A stretch of 64,000 nucleotides of DNA from an uncultured virus (IMG/VR IMGVR_UViG_3300026522_000616) (Duplodnaviria > Heunggongvirae > Uroviricota > Caudoviricetes), in IMG/VR virus record IMGVR_UViG_3300026522_000616; one strand, 5' to 3'. Each line of letters begins with the position of its first letter. Position 1 is the stretch's first letter. This document shows, piece by piece, positions 20,330 to 30,630 of this stretch. The position numbers were made by a program, and so were the translations under genes. Below the pieces are notes generated by a model. It was not told the DNA's origin and made no database searches. It saw only the letters and a list, made by a program, of their open reading frames with translations.

Positions 20330-20530
20330 AATATTATCACACTCCTTAAATTGACATTGTATTGTTATTTTTAGGATAAAATTCAAATTTTGTTATTACC
20401 TCATTGTATTGTGATAAAACGTAATTTGAAAGATATTTTATATATCAAATTTATCCTGTTATTTGTAAATTGTATTTTGCACTAACAGAAATTTTGAATA
20501 TATAAATTAGGTTGTACACCTCATAAAAAA

Positions 20531-20562
20531 AATATGAGATTGACAATTTTCAATCTCATATT
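20531..20562. terminator. Hairpin terminator
   Basis: AATATGAGATTGA-CAATTT-TCAATCTCATATT with adjacent A run. Confidence 0.7.
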
Positions 20563-20602
20563 GATATTCATAGAAAATAATTAGATAGGAATTTCATTTT
20601 AA

Positions 20603-23600
20603 TTATTTTTGTACTATTTTACGATTTAATGTAAATGAGATGTTTGGATTGTTTGCATTATCTTTTAACCATGCAATATGTCCGTCATAATATTCGTTTT
20701 CTCTTAATCTACGTGTATAAGATACATTTCCTTTATTAACTAAATTAGATAATGTATCGCCATAATATTGTGTGAATAATGTATCTAACCATGAAACAGA
20801 GAAAATGGAATAATTACTATTATTTGTAGAATATTCTGTGATATTAGCTTTCTTTGTGGCTATATCAATTGGGTTTTTCATAAATTCTTCTTCTGTAATA
20901 CGTCCATTATCCCACGTATATACATAATCACCAATTACAAAAATACTTTTACCATTTAATCCACAAGTATCAGGAATATCTTTAATTTGTAATTCAAATA
21001 ATCCTTCGCCCTCTTTTTCATAAAGGCTATCTAATAATCTTGAATTATTATATTTTGTCGCGTATTCATTTGCAGGTAAATTAATTGTTACTAATGTAGT
21101 ATCAATTGGAGTACCTGTTGCTAATACACGGAATATTTTATGGCGATAAGAAGGTACATCTTGTGTAGATTCAATTCTTACATGGAATTTATAAGTATCA
21201 TTATTATCTAATACATAAGGAACTTTAATTGCATTATCATAAACTTTTGGTGAGCCAATTTCTGTACCTAAAGAATTATAATTATGAATTGTGAAAGATT
21301 CAGAGGAAGAAATAAACCCTTCTGTAGAATCTGTTCCTGTATGAGACAATTTAATCTTAGCTTTATCTTCTTGTGTATCAGAGTCTGGGAAGATAATTAT
21401 ATCGTTCATAGATAAACCTGTCTTGTTTTCCAGTGTAACAGTATAATCATCTGTATTAATACCACCAATAACTGTACCGAAGTCGAGTTGTTGTAACACT
21501 TCTCCTGTATCTGTTGAATAATAGAAATTGTTTTCATCTTTGAACAAGAGTGCTTTATATTCACCAATTATATTAAATGTAGCGAATGTTTCTGTTTGCA
21601 TTTCATCTTGTACAAGAATTTGAATTTCATTAGGCAATCCATTTAACACATCAGAAGTATTCCATGTATAATCAAATGTAAATGGTTCAACTGTTTCATG
21701 CCATTCTGACCATTGTCCTTCTGTATATGGAGCTTTTTGTGTTCCATTAATAAGAATTTTGAAACGAACCTTCTTATTCATTGTATGAGACAATGTAATA
21801 TTAGCATAGAATTGATTATTAGAATTAATCTTAATTTCAGGAGCACCTTCAATTAAGGTCATATCAATGGTTTTTTCTGATATTTCGCCACGAGTATCTT
21901 TTGTGACTAATTTAATCATATTAGAACCATTTCTAAATTTGGATAACGGGATTTTAAATTCAAATTCCTTTTCGTTCTTAGATTGTAACCAACCACCATC
22001 AGACGTAGGATAAATCTGACGATAATCTGTTTCTATTTGTGACTTCGTTAATAAGCGATAGAACAAATCATCATTTTCTTTATCTATGAATTTGCCTGTT
22101 ATAACTACATAATCGTTTTTCTTTTTAGATAAGAAGTTTTCCACGTCTGGTCCGTTATTTGGTTCAAATTCAATATTTAACCCTTTGATATTATAACTAT
22201 CATTAAATGCTTCAACGGAAATTGCAGAAGCAATTTTAATTTTAGATTTGTAATTTGTAGGTAAAGCGTTCATAATGGTACGAGAAGCTAAATCTTTTAA
22301 TGTTACGCCATCATTAATGATATTTTTAAGTTCTTTTTTAACCCATGTATTGTTAGAACTCTTATAACTAAGCCAATCTTTACCATTATTAACAGAAATC
22401 AAATAACGAGATTTATTTTCTCCATGTGCTTCAACGTGAATACCGCGTTTTTCATTAACAATTGTATTGTATAATGTATAGGTGATATTTGTTTTAACAG
22501 ATTGTTTTTCAATTCTTGTATCGAATTTAACTTGTGGTTTTAATTTTGATTTATCCCAATCGACTGTTTTGTTAAATTCTACTTTTGTCGTTTGTTCAAA
22601 ATCTTTTACTTCTGCGTGACCATTTCCTTCTACCTGAATAGTACGTGTATCTTGGAATCCACTACCTTTTGCTGAAGAAGAATTACCATCATCATTATTA
22701 TACTGTGTTTTTAAAGTAAACGGATTTGTATTAGCACTTGTTTTACTAGAACGTACATAGACTTTTTTATTTAATTCTTCATTACGTTCATTTTCCCATT
22801 CACTATAAACAATTAATGGAAATTCTGTAGCTTCTGTTTTCTTAATTGTTTCATAATCCATTTTCATAGTAATAGGATTACAATCTTTTTCTATTGTTCT
22901 TTGACTATGTGTAGTTAATCCAATTGTTAAATTAGATGTAGGTTCATCTGTTAAAATTTCTAATTTGTTATTATTATTATTATTATTATTATACTCGCGT
23001 AATACTAATAATTTAAGATTCTGTTTATCTTCTTTTAAAACCTTTTTTAATGTAGGAGTTGGGATATCTGAAATATCTTTTACGCCATTTTCAAAGAAAA
23101 ATTCATATGTTAATTTACTAGGAGTATCTAATTTAACAAATTCTTTTGTACTATCATCATATTTATATAATTCATTATTAATACTAAATAATATAAATTT
23201 ATGATTTTGAAAACACATAGTAGGATAATTCCCATTGGAAAAAGTAAAGGTATATTGTTTATGTGGATAATAATCATCTAATATAGTAGAGGTTGCAAAG
23301 TTTGGAAAATTTTCTACTGTATAGAAAAATTCTTTTGATTTACCAATACCTGTTGTATCAGGATAATCTACTGCAATTTTATCTTTGTCGTAATATAAAT
23401 CTTCGTATAAGGCATTTGTATCACGAATACCAAAAGTAGGATTTGTAGAAGGTGCATCTACACCTTCTACTGAATTAAAGAAGAAAGCACGTTGAAATTT
23501 ACTACGTGTTTTTTCATCATCTGAATAAGACGTAAATTCTCCTGCTAATCCACCTACACTAATATTTCCTGTTACCTTTACATCAGAAATTATATCATGA

Positions 23601-24064
23601 ATATATGTTGTACTACGTGAACGAGATATGCCAATCAATCCACCAATATAATCATGACCTGTAAGTTCACCCTGCACAGAAATATTATATACTTCTACAT
23701 TATCAGAATCAATTTTACCTGCTAATCCACCAATTCTATCATTACCATTAATTTTTACATTAATTAAACCTAAATTATATATTCGCGCATTTGTTTGCAG
23801 ATTAGCAAATAATCCTAAATCATCTGCACTTGTATCATTGATTGTTAAATTGGTAATGGTTTTTGCATTACCATCAAATACACCGTGGAAATTTTCTATA
23901 GGTTTCCAATCAACGTCTTTTAGATTTAAATGACAATTTAATTTGTAATAATAGGTGCGTGAATTAGTTTGGTGAGAACGAATAGCGGAAAGGTCTTGGA
24001 CATCTTCAATAATAAATGGATTGTTCTGTCCACCATTTCCTATACCGAAAGCTCCATTTGCCAT
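20603..24064 (-). CDS. GLUG-like beta-helix tail/receptor-binding-like protein (paralogue 6, long)
   Basis: G.G...NPF.I....DL..IR start, F.G.FDGN...I.NL.I, IGGLAG repeats; Ig-like C-terminal extension. Confidence 0.7.
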   Translation of the reverse strand: MANGAFGIGNGGQNNPFIIEDVQDLSAIRSHQTNSRTYYYKLNCHLNLKDVDWKPIENFHGVFDGNAKTITNLTINDTSADDLGLFANLQTNARIYNLGLINVKINGNDRIGGLAGKIDSDNVEVYNISVQGELTGHDYIGGLIGISRSRSTTYIHDIISDVKVTGNISVGGLAGEFTSYSDDEKTRSKFQRAFFFNSVEGVDAPSTNPTFGIRDTNALYEDLYYDKDKIAVDYPDTTGIGKSKEFFYTVENFPNFATSTILDDYYPHKQYTFTFSNGNYPTMCFQNHKFILFSINNELYKYDDSTKEFVKLDTPSKLTYEFFFENGVKDISDIPTPTLKKVLKEDKQNLKLLVLREYNNNNNNNNKLEILTDEPTSNLTIGLTTHSQRTIEKDCNPITMKMDYETIKKTEATEFPLIVYSEWENERNEELNKKVYVRSSKTSANTNPFTLKTQYNNDDGNSSSAKGSGFQDTRTIQVEGNGHAEVKDFEQTTKVEFNKTVDWDKSKLKPQVKFDTRIEKQSVKTNITYTLYNTIVNEKRGIHVEAHGENKSRYLISVNNGKDWLSYKSSNNTWVKKELKNIINDGVTLKDLASRTIMNALPTNYKSKIKIASAISVEAFNDSYNIKGLNIEFEPNNGPDVENFLSKKKNDYVVITGKFIDKENDDLFYRLLTKSQIETDYRQIYPTSDGGWLQSKNEKEFEFKIPLSKFRNGSNMIKLVTKDTRGEISEKTIDMTLIEGAPEIKINSNNQFYANITLSHTMNKKVRFKILINGTQKAPYTEGQWSEWHETVEPFTFDYTWNTSDVLNGLPNEIQILVQDEMQTETFATFNIIGEYKALLFKDENNFYYSTDTGEVLQQLDFGTVIGGINTDDYTVTLENKTGLSMNDIIIFPDSDTQEDKAKIKLSHTGTDSTEGFISSSESFTIHNYNSLGTEIGSPKVYDNAIKVPYVLDNNDTYKFHVRIESTQDVPSYRHKIFRVLATGTPIDTTLVTINLPANEYATKYNNSRLLDSLYEKEGEGLFELQIKDIPDTCGLNGKSIFVIGDYVYTWDNGRITEEEFMKNPIDIATKKANITEYSTNNSNYSIFSVSWLDTLFTQYYGDTLSNLVNKGNVSYTRRLRENEYYDGHIAWLKDNANNPNISFTLNRKIVQK
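22968..22991. repeat. (TTA)8 microsatellite encoding poly-Asn
   Basis: Perfect trinucleotide run inside 20603..24064. Confidence 0.9.
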
Positions 24065-24082
24065 AATTCATTCACCACCTAA

Positions 24083-25294
24083 TTACTGTAAAATTTTAAT
24101 CTGATTAATAGAATCTCCATATGAAGCAAAGTCAATTTCTGTACTTAACACAATTGCATCCGTTAATTCTTGTTCTTTCGTCATGTCTTGTGTTTTAATT
24201 GTACGATTAACTACATATTTATCTGTAGAAGCTAATAGTTCAAATTCATCTGTTAATTCTCTTAATTGATTCCATTCAAGACGTGAAATGGCAGTCAAAT
24301 CATTATCTGTCATGCCATATAATTCAAATTCACTGGCGGTTGGGAAGTCACCTGTAACTTTATCTTTAGATAATTGTAACCATTTACGTTTGTTATTATC
24401 TTCTTTATCTTCACCTAAATAATAAAATCCTGTTTTACCATTAGATTCAAAAGAAACAATATATTTTGTGGTTAATTCAAAGAACAATTTAGGATATCGA
24501 CCTTCTGTTAAACTCCAAACTGGTTTATCTGCGTTATAATATTCATCTAACCAATTAGAAAAATTAGATTTTGTTTTCATTTCATCATCGGTATATCCAC
24601 CATTATGTGTTCCCTGTGGATTGTTTGTTTTGTTATAATGGTTATATAAATTGGCATCTTCTATATGCCCGCCATTATTAGTTACCACATATGGTTGTGG
24701 ATTCGTTGCAATTAATTTACCATTAAAAGCGCTCTTGCTTATTCTGCATTGGTCGGTTTTCATTGCATAAACAAAACCTACGCCAGTACTAGAAGATGTA
24801 TTAGTGCAATTAACTGTTACATTAGAATAACAATTCTTAATTGTACCGCCATTCATCGTTCCTACTAAACCGCTACAATTTGTATCAGCAAATACACTAC
24901 CTGTTACAAAAACATTTTTCAGTACATCATCATAGGAAGTCATATTGGAAATTACAGGAGCGCAATTGACTGAATTACCTGTAATACTTACATCAATTAA
25001 ACCGAAATTCATAATCGTTGCACCACGAGTAGTAGCAAATAAAGCCTGATTGTCTTTATTACGATTAATGAATAAATTACGAATCATAAATCCATTACCA
25101 TCTAAAGTACCTGAAAAATTCGTAATTGGTGTCCAACCTGTACCGTCTGAATCGTTACATACTTCTGTTAAATCAATAGAACGGTCTAATTGGAAATAAG
25201 CCGTTGGGTCTAATTGAATTTCTGCTAACTGTTTGCCTGTAGTAACGATATATGGTTTTTCTTCTGTTCCTGAACCTGACATTGTAATAGCCAT
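24083..25294 (-). CDS. GLUG-like paralogue 5
   Basis: GSGTEEKPYIV, FSGTLDGNG..I.NLFI. Confidence 0.7.
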   Translation of the reverse strand: MAITMSGSGTEEKPYIVTTGKQLAEIQLDPTAYFQLDRSIDLTEVCNDSDGTGWTPITNFSGTLDGNGFMIRNLFINRNKDNQALFATTRGATIMNFGLIDVSITGNSVNCAPVISNMTSYDDVLKNVFVTGSVFADTNCSGLVGTMNGGTIKNCYSNVTVNCTNTSSSTGVGFVYAMKTDQCRISKSAFNGKLIATNPQPYVVTNNGGHIEDANLYNHYNKTNNPQGTHNGGYTDDEMKTKSNFSNWLDEYYNADKPVWSLTEGRYPKLFFELTTKYIVSFESNGKTGFYYLGEDKEDNNKRKWLQLSKDKVTGDFPTASEFELYGMTDNDLTAISRLEWNQLRELTDEFELLASTDKYVVNRTIKTQDMTKEQELTDAIVLSTEIDFASYGDSINQIKILQ

Positions 25295-25315
25295 TAAAAA
25301 TCACCTCAAAATTAT

Positions 25316-26632
25316 TTATTGAATTGGTCTATGTTCAATCTTAAAAATACTATCTCCATACTTTAATGTACCATCATCATTTAAATCTTTAAATGAAATT
25401 TTATATGAAAATACTTTTGTTGGTTCGTCATTTTTACGTTTTAATTGTGTTTCTGTTTGTTTAATAGTACTGACACTCATATTTTCTATAATATTTTTAT
25501 TTGTCGTGCCATTTGTATCTTCGTATAAAGTAACTAAATAACATTTTTCTCCTGATGGAACGATATTGTCGTGTAAATCTGCCCATTCACTAAATGTTAT
25601 ATTTTCTATTCCTGTCATAGCTTTTTCCATAGCTACTTTATTTGTAATGATTTTATCTAGTGCTTTTTCCCACTTGTGATTTGTAAAATTAAATACATAA
25701 TATCCTTTAGAACATTTAACAAAATGTTTTGTTTTTAAGAATAATGATAATTCAGGTAATCTTTCTTCTTTTTTGAAATTCCAAATCATTTCTCCATTAG
25801 AATTGATTTGCTTATCAAAATCAGTTAAATTATCACGATATGTTAATGTTTTAAAATCTTTACCACCTGTACCATTACCATATACCCATGTTTCTTTGTT
25901 ATAGAAAGCATTTGTTAAATTATGACGTGTACTAAAGAAATTAGGATTTAAATCTGTTTCTATACCATTTGAAAAACGGTTAAATGTTACATCCCCGATT
26001 ACATAATCTAATGTAATATTTTGTTTCCAACTAGCATTACCACCACCAATAATACCACCATAACTAGTTTGTTTTGTTAATGCGTGTTCTGTACCTTTTA
26101 CATATAAATGTTTAACGGCAGTACATGGTGTGCTAATAGATGTAGCCCAATTAATATAGCCAATTGCCATACCTAAATTATCATTACCATCAACTGTTCC
26201 TGTTACTTTACAATTTAAAATAAATGGTTCAGTTTGAATTTTAGTAGATGCATTCATAGTAATATTACCAAAAACGATACCTACTTGTTTATTACCAACG
26301 ATATGAGCGTCCTGAATATATAAATTTTTTACTTGTAAAGTAATATTCGTATTTTCATAACAATTACCAAATAAACCTACGTTATTTTGGTATTCTCTCG
26401 TAATTTTTAAACCAATAATTTTATGTCCATCACCATCAAGTGTTCCATAAAAATTGTCTATTGGTAGCCAACCTTTTTCATTGTTATATGGATATACACC
26501 CAAATTAATTGTGTTGGCTAATTTGAAATTCGAGCTTGGATTAAAACGTATAGCGTTTAAATCATCTGCATCTTCAATTAAATATGGGGATTCTAAAGTT
26601 CCTAATCCACCACCAAATTTTCCTTCAGCCAA
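25316..26632 (-). CDS. GLUG-like paralogue 4
   Basis: FGGGLGT..SPYLIEDADDL, FYGTLDGDG, NVGLFG. Confidence 0.7.
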   Translation of the reverse strand: MAEGKFGGGLGTLESPYLIEDADDLNAIRFNPSSNFKLANTINLGVYPYNNEKGWLPIDNFYGTLDGDGHKIIGLKITREYQNNVGLFGNCYENTNITLQVKNLYIQDAHIVGNKQVGIVFGNITMNASTKIQTEPFILNCKVTGTVDGNDNLGMAIGYINWATSISTPCTAVKHLYVKGTEHALTKQTSYGGIIGGGNASWKQNITLDYVIGDVTFNRFSNGIETDLNPNFFSTRHNLTNAFYNKETWVYGNGTGGKDFKTLTYRDNLTDFDKQINSNGEMIWNFKKEERLPELSLFLKTKHFVKCSKGYYVFNFTNHKWEKALDKIITNKVAMEKAMTGIENITFSEWADLHDNIVPSGEKCYLVTLYEDTNGTTNKNIIENMSVSTIKQTETQLKRKNDEPTKVFSYKISFKDLNDDGTLKYGDSIFKIEHRPIQ

Positions 26633-26646
26633 AACAAATCACCTCT

Positions 26647-27954
26647 TTATGATTTATCATTTGAAGCATTTCTCATAGAAAAAATAGGGTTATCTAGTTC
26701 AGAAAATTTGAACGTTGTTCTAAAAGCATATCGACTACCATAGTCATTTGCAGTATCCCTAGTTAGAGAAATTTTCTTTTCTTTATCTAATTTAATTCCA
26801 TTTGCTTTGTCTACAATAGATACAATTTTAATATTCGATGTGAATTGTTCTATTGCTTTTTTTATAATATTGCCATTAAATTCAATATTATTGACCTCTT
26901 TAAAATGTGTAAAATCATATCCTGTTACGTCAACAAAATTGCCATCTTTATAGGTATAATATTTTTTTGTGGCAGGTACATAAATCAAATTTACATTTTT
27001 CTTTAATTCGACCAATTCAGGGGCATGGTTATACCAAAATCTCCATTTGTTTTTATTTTCATCTATTAATCCTTCATAGAAAAATGAATTTAAATTAGCT
27101 TTTGTTATATGTTCTGTATCTAAATGGTGTACGTCACTAAATTCATATTCTTCACCATTCCACGTATCTTTGTTTACAATTACGTTTAACGTTTGATATT
27201 TGTGTGAATTATCTAAATTTTTACCACTATAGTTGTATAAAACATTTTGTTGATTTGCCATAGGTGTAATACGTGAACTATCCATATTAGAATCTATATA
27301 ACAATCACGAATTAAAACGGTTGTAGCCATATAATCTCTAGTGTTGTTTTCCAAATAACCAACAAAAGCTGAATTATATGTAGTATTTGTCATTGGTACT
27401 AACGTTACGTGTAATTGAATATTTTGTGCAAACGTATTATTGTAATTATTGCTTTGGAAATATAATCTACCGATTAATCCACCTGTGTTTGTATTACTTT
27501 TTACTGTGCCTGATACATAGATATTATCTAAATACGTCATAAAATTATGATTATTATTATTATATCTATACGTTAAATTACCAATCAATATACCAACATT
27601 TTTATTACCAATAACATTAGCGTTTTCAATCACTAGATTTTTAATGTATGGTGCTACATCTTTTGTGGCATATGAACTGGTATAAAAATCAATAGATTGA
27701 AATAAACCTACATCATCATTTTTTGGCTGGTTAATATAAATATTTAACAATTTATATCCATTACCGTCTAATTGTCCTGTAAAATTTGGTATAGGCAAAA
27801 ACCCTTTATCAAATGGAGGTGTACTAAAATCTATATTATTATTTAATTTATAACTTTTTGTCGGATAAAGGCGTATGTTATTAAAATCATATATATCTTC
27901 TATGATATATGGATTATCATACGTTCCTTTACCGCCTGAAAATTTACCGTTCAA
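26647..27954 (-). CDS. GLUG-like paralogue 3
   Basis: FSGGKGT..NPYIIED, FTGQLDGNG, VGLF. Confidence 0.7.
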   Translation of the reverse strand: MNGKFSGGKGTYDNPYIIEDIYDFNNIRLYPTKSYKLNNNIDFSTPPFDKGFLPIPNFTGQLDGNGYKLLNIYINQPKNDDVGLFQSIDFYTSSYATKDVAPYIKNLVIENANVIGNKNVGILIGNLTYRYNNNNHNFMTYLDNIYVSGTVKSNTNTGGLIGRLYFQSNNYNNTFAQNIQLHVTLVPMTNTTYNSAFVGYLENNTRDYMATTVLIRDCYIDSNMDSSRITPMANQQNVLYNYSGKNLDNSHKYQTLNVIVNKDTWNGEEYEFSDVHHLDTEHITKANLNSFFYEGLIDENKNKWRFWYNHAPELVELKKNVNLIYVPATKKYYTYKDGNFVDVTGYDFTHFKEVNNIEFNGNIIKKAIEQFTSNIKIVSIVDKANGIKLDKEKKISLTRDTANDYGSRYAFRTTFKFSELDNPIFSMRNASNDKS

Positions 27955-27971
27955 TGATTGTCACCTCGTTA

Positions 27972-29294
27972 TTAACTGATTTTTTGTACATTAATAATTT
28001 TATCGTTAAAATCTTTAAAACTAAAGTGTTTCTTTAAATAACGATGACTATCATCTGTACTATCTGTATATTCGTTCATATTAAATTGTTTTGTGGTATA
28101 AACAATTTTATCGTGTGCATAAATGCAATCAATAATTTTAATTTTTCCGTATTTCTTTAATTCTTCTAATGCACTTGTTGGTATTTCACGTAATTTATGT
28201 CTATCCATACCATCTTGAATGATTTTTATGGAATTTTTATTATTGAATTGTGAATATTTTAAATCCCATTTTTTGTTTGTAAAATCGTATACGTAATATC
28301 CATTATTAAAATTGAAGTAAATTGAATCGTTATTTAGATTATTAGGTTTTACAGATTTTTGTGGTTCTGATAAGAAATAATTTTTCGTTAAAGAAGGAAG
28401 AATATTTGTAGAATATTTTACATTATGCAAATCTGCATATTGTGTTCCTCCCCAGATTAATGGTGATACTTCTGTATTATCTACATAACAATTTTGATAT
28501 GTACAATCTGATTTATCACAAATGCCATAATAAGTTGTTATAGATGAATCTTCGTGCAATAGTGCAACACAGTTTATAAATTGTGTTGCACTATTGCCAT
28601 TGCAATGGCAATTGCAATCGCAACGGCAATCGTAATCGCAACGGCAATTGCAATTTGCAAACGATGAACCTGCATAATAATATTGATAGATGTTGTTCGT
28701 GTATCCCCCTACTACACGATTCCTCCCTATACCATATGCTTTTTTATCATTTGACTGAATAGTTACATCAACATATAAATTGTAATACAACATAGATTTT
28801 AATAACGAATCAGTATAATTGAACATTCCTGAAACATTAGCATTTCCTTTAATAAAAGAATTAACAACATAAATATTGTTTATAGATGTACTGCCTTGTG
28901 CATTATAACTTGTTATGCTATTTTTAGCAAAAGGAATAATCATTCGAGCTACAATAGCTATATCATTATGTCCTATGACATTAGCATCAACGAAAAACAC
29001 ACGTTGTATATTAGCGTTTAAAACACTACCAAAAAACGCTACATAATCTTGCGTTGGTTGATTGATATATAAATTAACGATTTTATGCCAATTGCCATCA
29101 AATGACCCTGAAAATTCATTAATAGGATTCCAACCTTGACCAATATTGTATTTACCATCTGCCAAATTAATATCGTTGACCATTTTAAAACACATATTGG
29201 ATTTAAAACGAATGGCATTTAAATCGTCTGCGTCCTCTATTAAGTATGGATTAGTACTTGTACCATCTCCACCACCAAATTTTCCATTTGCCAT
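27972..29294 (-). CDS. GLUG-like paralogue 2 with internal (Cx)n repeat
   Basis: FGGGDGT..NPYLIEDADDL; internal CNCRCDYDCRCDCNCHCN. Confidence 0.7.
   Translation of the reverse strand: MANGKFGGGDGTSTNPYLIEDADDLNAIRFKSNMCFKMVNDINLADGKYNIGQGWNPINEFSGSFDGNWHKIVNLYINQPTQDYVAFFGSVLNANIQRVFFVDANVIGHNDIAIVARMIIPFAKNSITSYNAQGSTSINNIYVVNSFIKGNANVSGMFNYTDSLLKSMLYYNLYVDVTIQSNDKKAYGIGRNRVVGGYTNNIYQYYYAGSSFANCNCRCDYDCRCDCNCHCNGNSATQFINCVALLHEDSSITTYYGICDKSDCTYQNCYVDNTEVSPLIWGGTQYADLHNVKYSTNILPSLTKNYFLSEPQKSVKPNNLNNDSIYFNFNNGYYVYDFTNKKWDLKYSQFNNKNSIKIIQDGMDRHKLREIPTSALEELKKYGKIKIIDCIYAHDKIVYTTKQFNMNEYTDSTDDSHRYLKKHFSFKDFNDKIINVQKIS
28593..28655 (-). repeat. Degenerate hexamer tandem repeat (TGC NNT)x10
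   Basis: tgc aat tgc cgt tgc gat tac gat tgc cgt tgc gat tgc aat tgc cat tgc aat ggc aat. Confidence 0.85.
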
Positions 29295-29301
29295 ATATTT
29301 T

Positions 29302-30615
29302 TCACCATCCCTTTATACTCGTTAAAATACCGAATACACTATTTGTATTTAATGTTTTATGTACAAACATCTTATTTGGATTATCACTTTGTTTACCACT
29401 TTCCATAATAGGTTCTAATAAGCTATCATTAACTGCTACTGTATGTTGGAAAGTAGTATTTGTTTTATCTATACCATCGTATAAATTAACTGTAGTAAAA
29501 TTATTGTTTTGGAAATATTTCCATTTTTCTTGTGGTATATCATGTAAAGTACGAATACCATAAGTAATAGTTTGTTCTCTACTAGGTACTTTTTTATTCT
29601 TATTTAATGTTAATTCGTCCCATGAATTAGTTGTAAAATTATAATAGAAGAAATGTTCATCTGCTTTTACAAAAATATAGTCTGGTACCATAATTGTTAA
29701 TTGTGGATATTGTTTATCATATAAGCTCCACTTATGAGTTTTATCTGCATTTAACACTTTATCAAAAGCGGTCTGATTTTCTATATTTTTAATTACAGAA
29801 GAATCAACAATTTGTAATCCTGTATTTGGATTATTAAAATCACTTGTTTGCCATAAAGAAGAATCTAAGAAACAATCCTCAAATCTATCTCTAGCGTTTA
29901 AATCATAAGAAAAGTTACCAGGCTCGATTAATTTTCTTGAAGCATTACTTACTTGTGCTAAACCTATAGTACGTAAATACTTTGGATATTCTCTGTTTTG
30001 CGGTAATCCACTAGAAGAATCTGTAAATACGCCAACTACTTGTCCAATATATTTTGTATCTGCGTTTGTTAAACCTAATTGTGTGTTAATTAAGCAATCC
30101 TGTGTCAAAATAAATGTTTGATTATCGTTACTGATTTGCAATTCTACATTACCAACTAATGAACCAACGCTATTATTGCCTTCCACTACACCATTAACAT
30201 ATACATTATTAAATACAGGACTAGGAGCTGTTGTATTAACAACTAATTTTAATTTACCAACAATAGCACCTACATTATCTTTCCCTCTAATACTAACATT
30301 TTCAAAAGAAACATTACTAATGGGAGCAATAGTATTAACAGTATAATCTGCAAATAATCCTACATTATCTGTATCATTACGAACAATAGTTAAATTGTAG
30401 ATGCGTTTATTATTACCGTCTATTTGACCTTTAAAACCTTCGATTGGTTGCCATCCAAAATCTTTGTTATAAGGTGGTTCACCCAAATTAATATTTGAAA
30501 CTAATTTAAAATAAGAAGTTAAATGATTTTTTACTTGAAATAAATCAGCACCATCTGAAATTAAAAATGGGTCTTTTTGTGTACCTGTACCACCATCAAA
30601 TAATCCATTTGCCAT
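29302..30615 (-). CDS. GLUG-like paralogue 1
   Basis: FDGGTGT..DPFLI, FKGQIDGN...IYNLTI, NVGLFA. Confidence 0.7.
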   Translation of the reverse strand: MANGLFDGGTGTQKDPFLISDGADLFQVKNHLTSYFKLVSNINLGEPPYNKDFGWQPIEGFKGQIDGNNKRIYNLTIVRNDTDNVGLFADYTVNTIAPISNVSFENVSIRGKDNVGAIVGKLKLVVNTTAPSPVFNNVYVNGVVEGNNSVGSLVGNVELQISNDNQTFILTQDCLINTQLGLTNADTKYIGQVVGVFTDSSSGLPQNREYPKYLRTIGLAQVSNASRKLIEPGNFSYDLNARDRFEDCFLDSSLWQTSDFNNPNTGLQIVDSSVIKNIENQTAFDKVLNADKTHKWSLYDKQYPQLTIMVPDYIFVKADEHFFYYNFTTNSWDELTLNKNKKVPSREQTITYGIRTLHDIPQEKWKYFQNNNFTTVNLYDGIDKTNTTFQHTVAVNDSLLEPIMESGKQSDNPNKMFVHKTLNTNSVFGILTSIKGW

Positions 30616-30630
30616 TTATTTACTCACCTC

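Noticed and set aside
28593..28655. Diversity-generating retroelement variable region (all codons fit NNC/NNT)
   Set aside because: No reverse transcriptase or template repeat in the window, the position is internal, and repeated TGC fits tandem expansion better than random adenine mutagenesis
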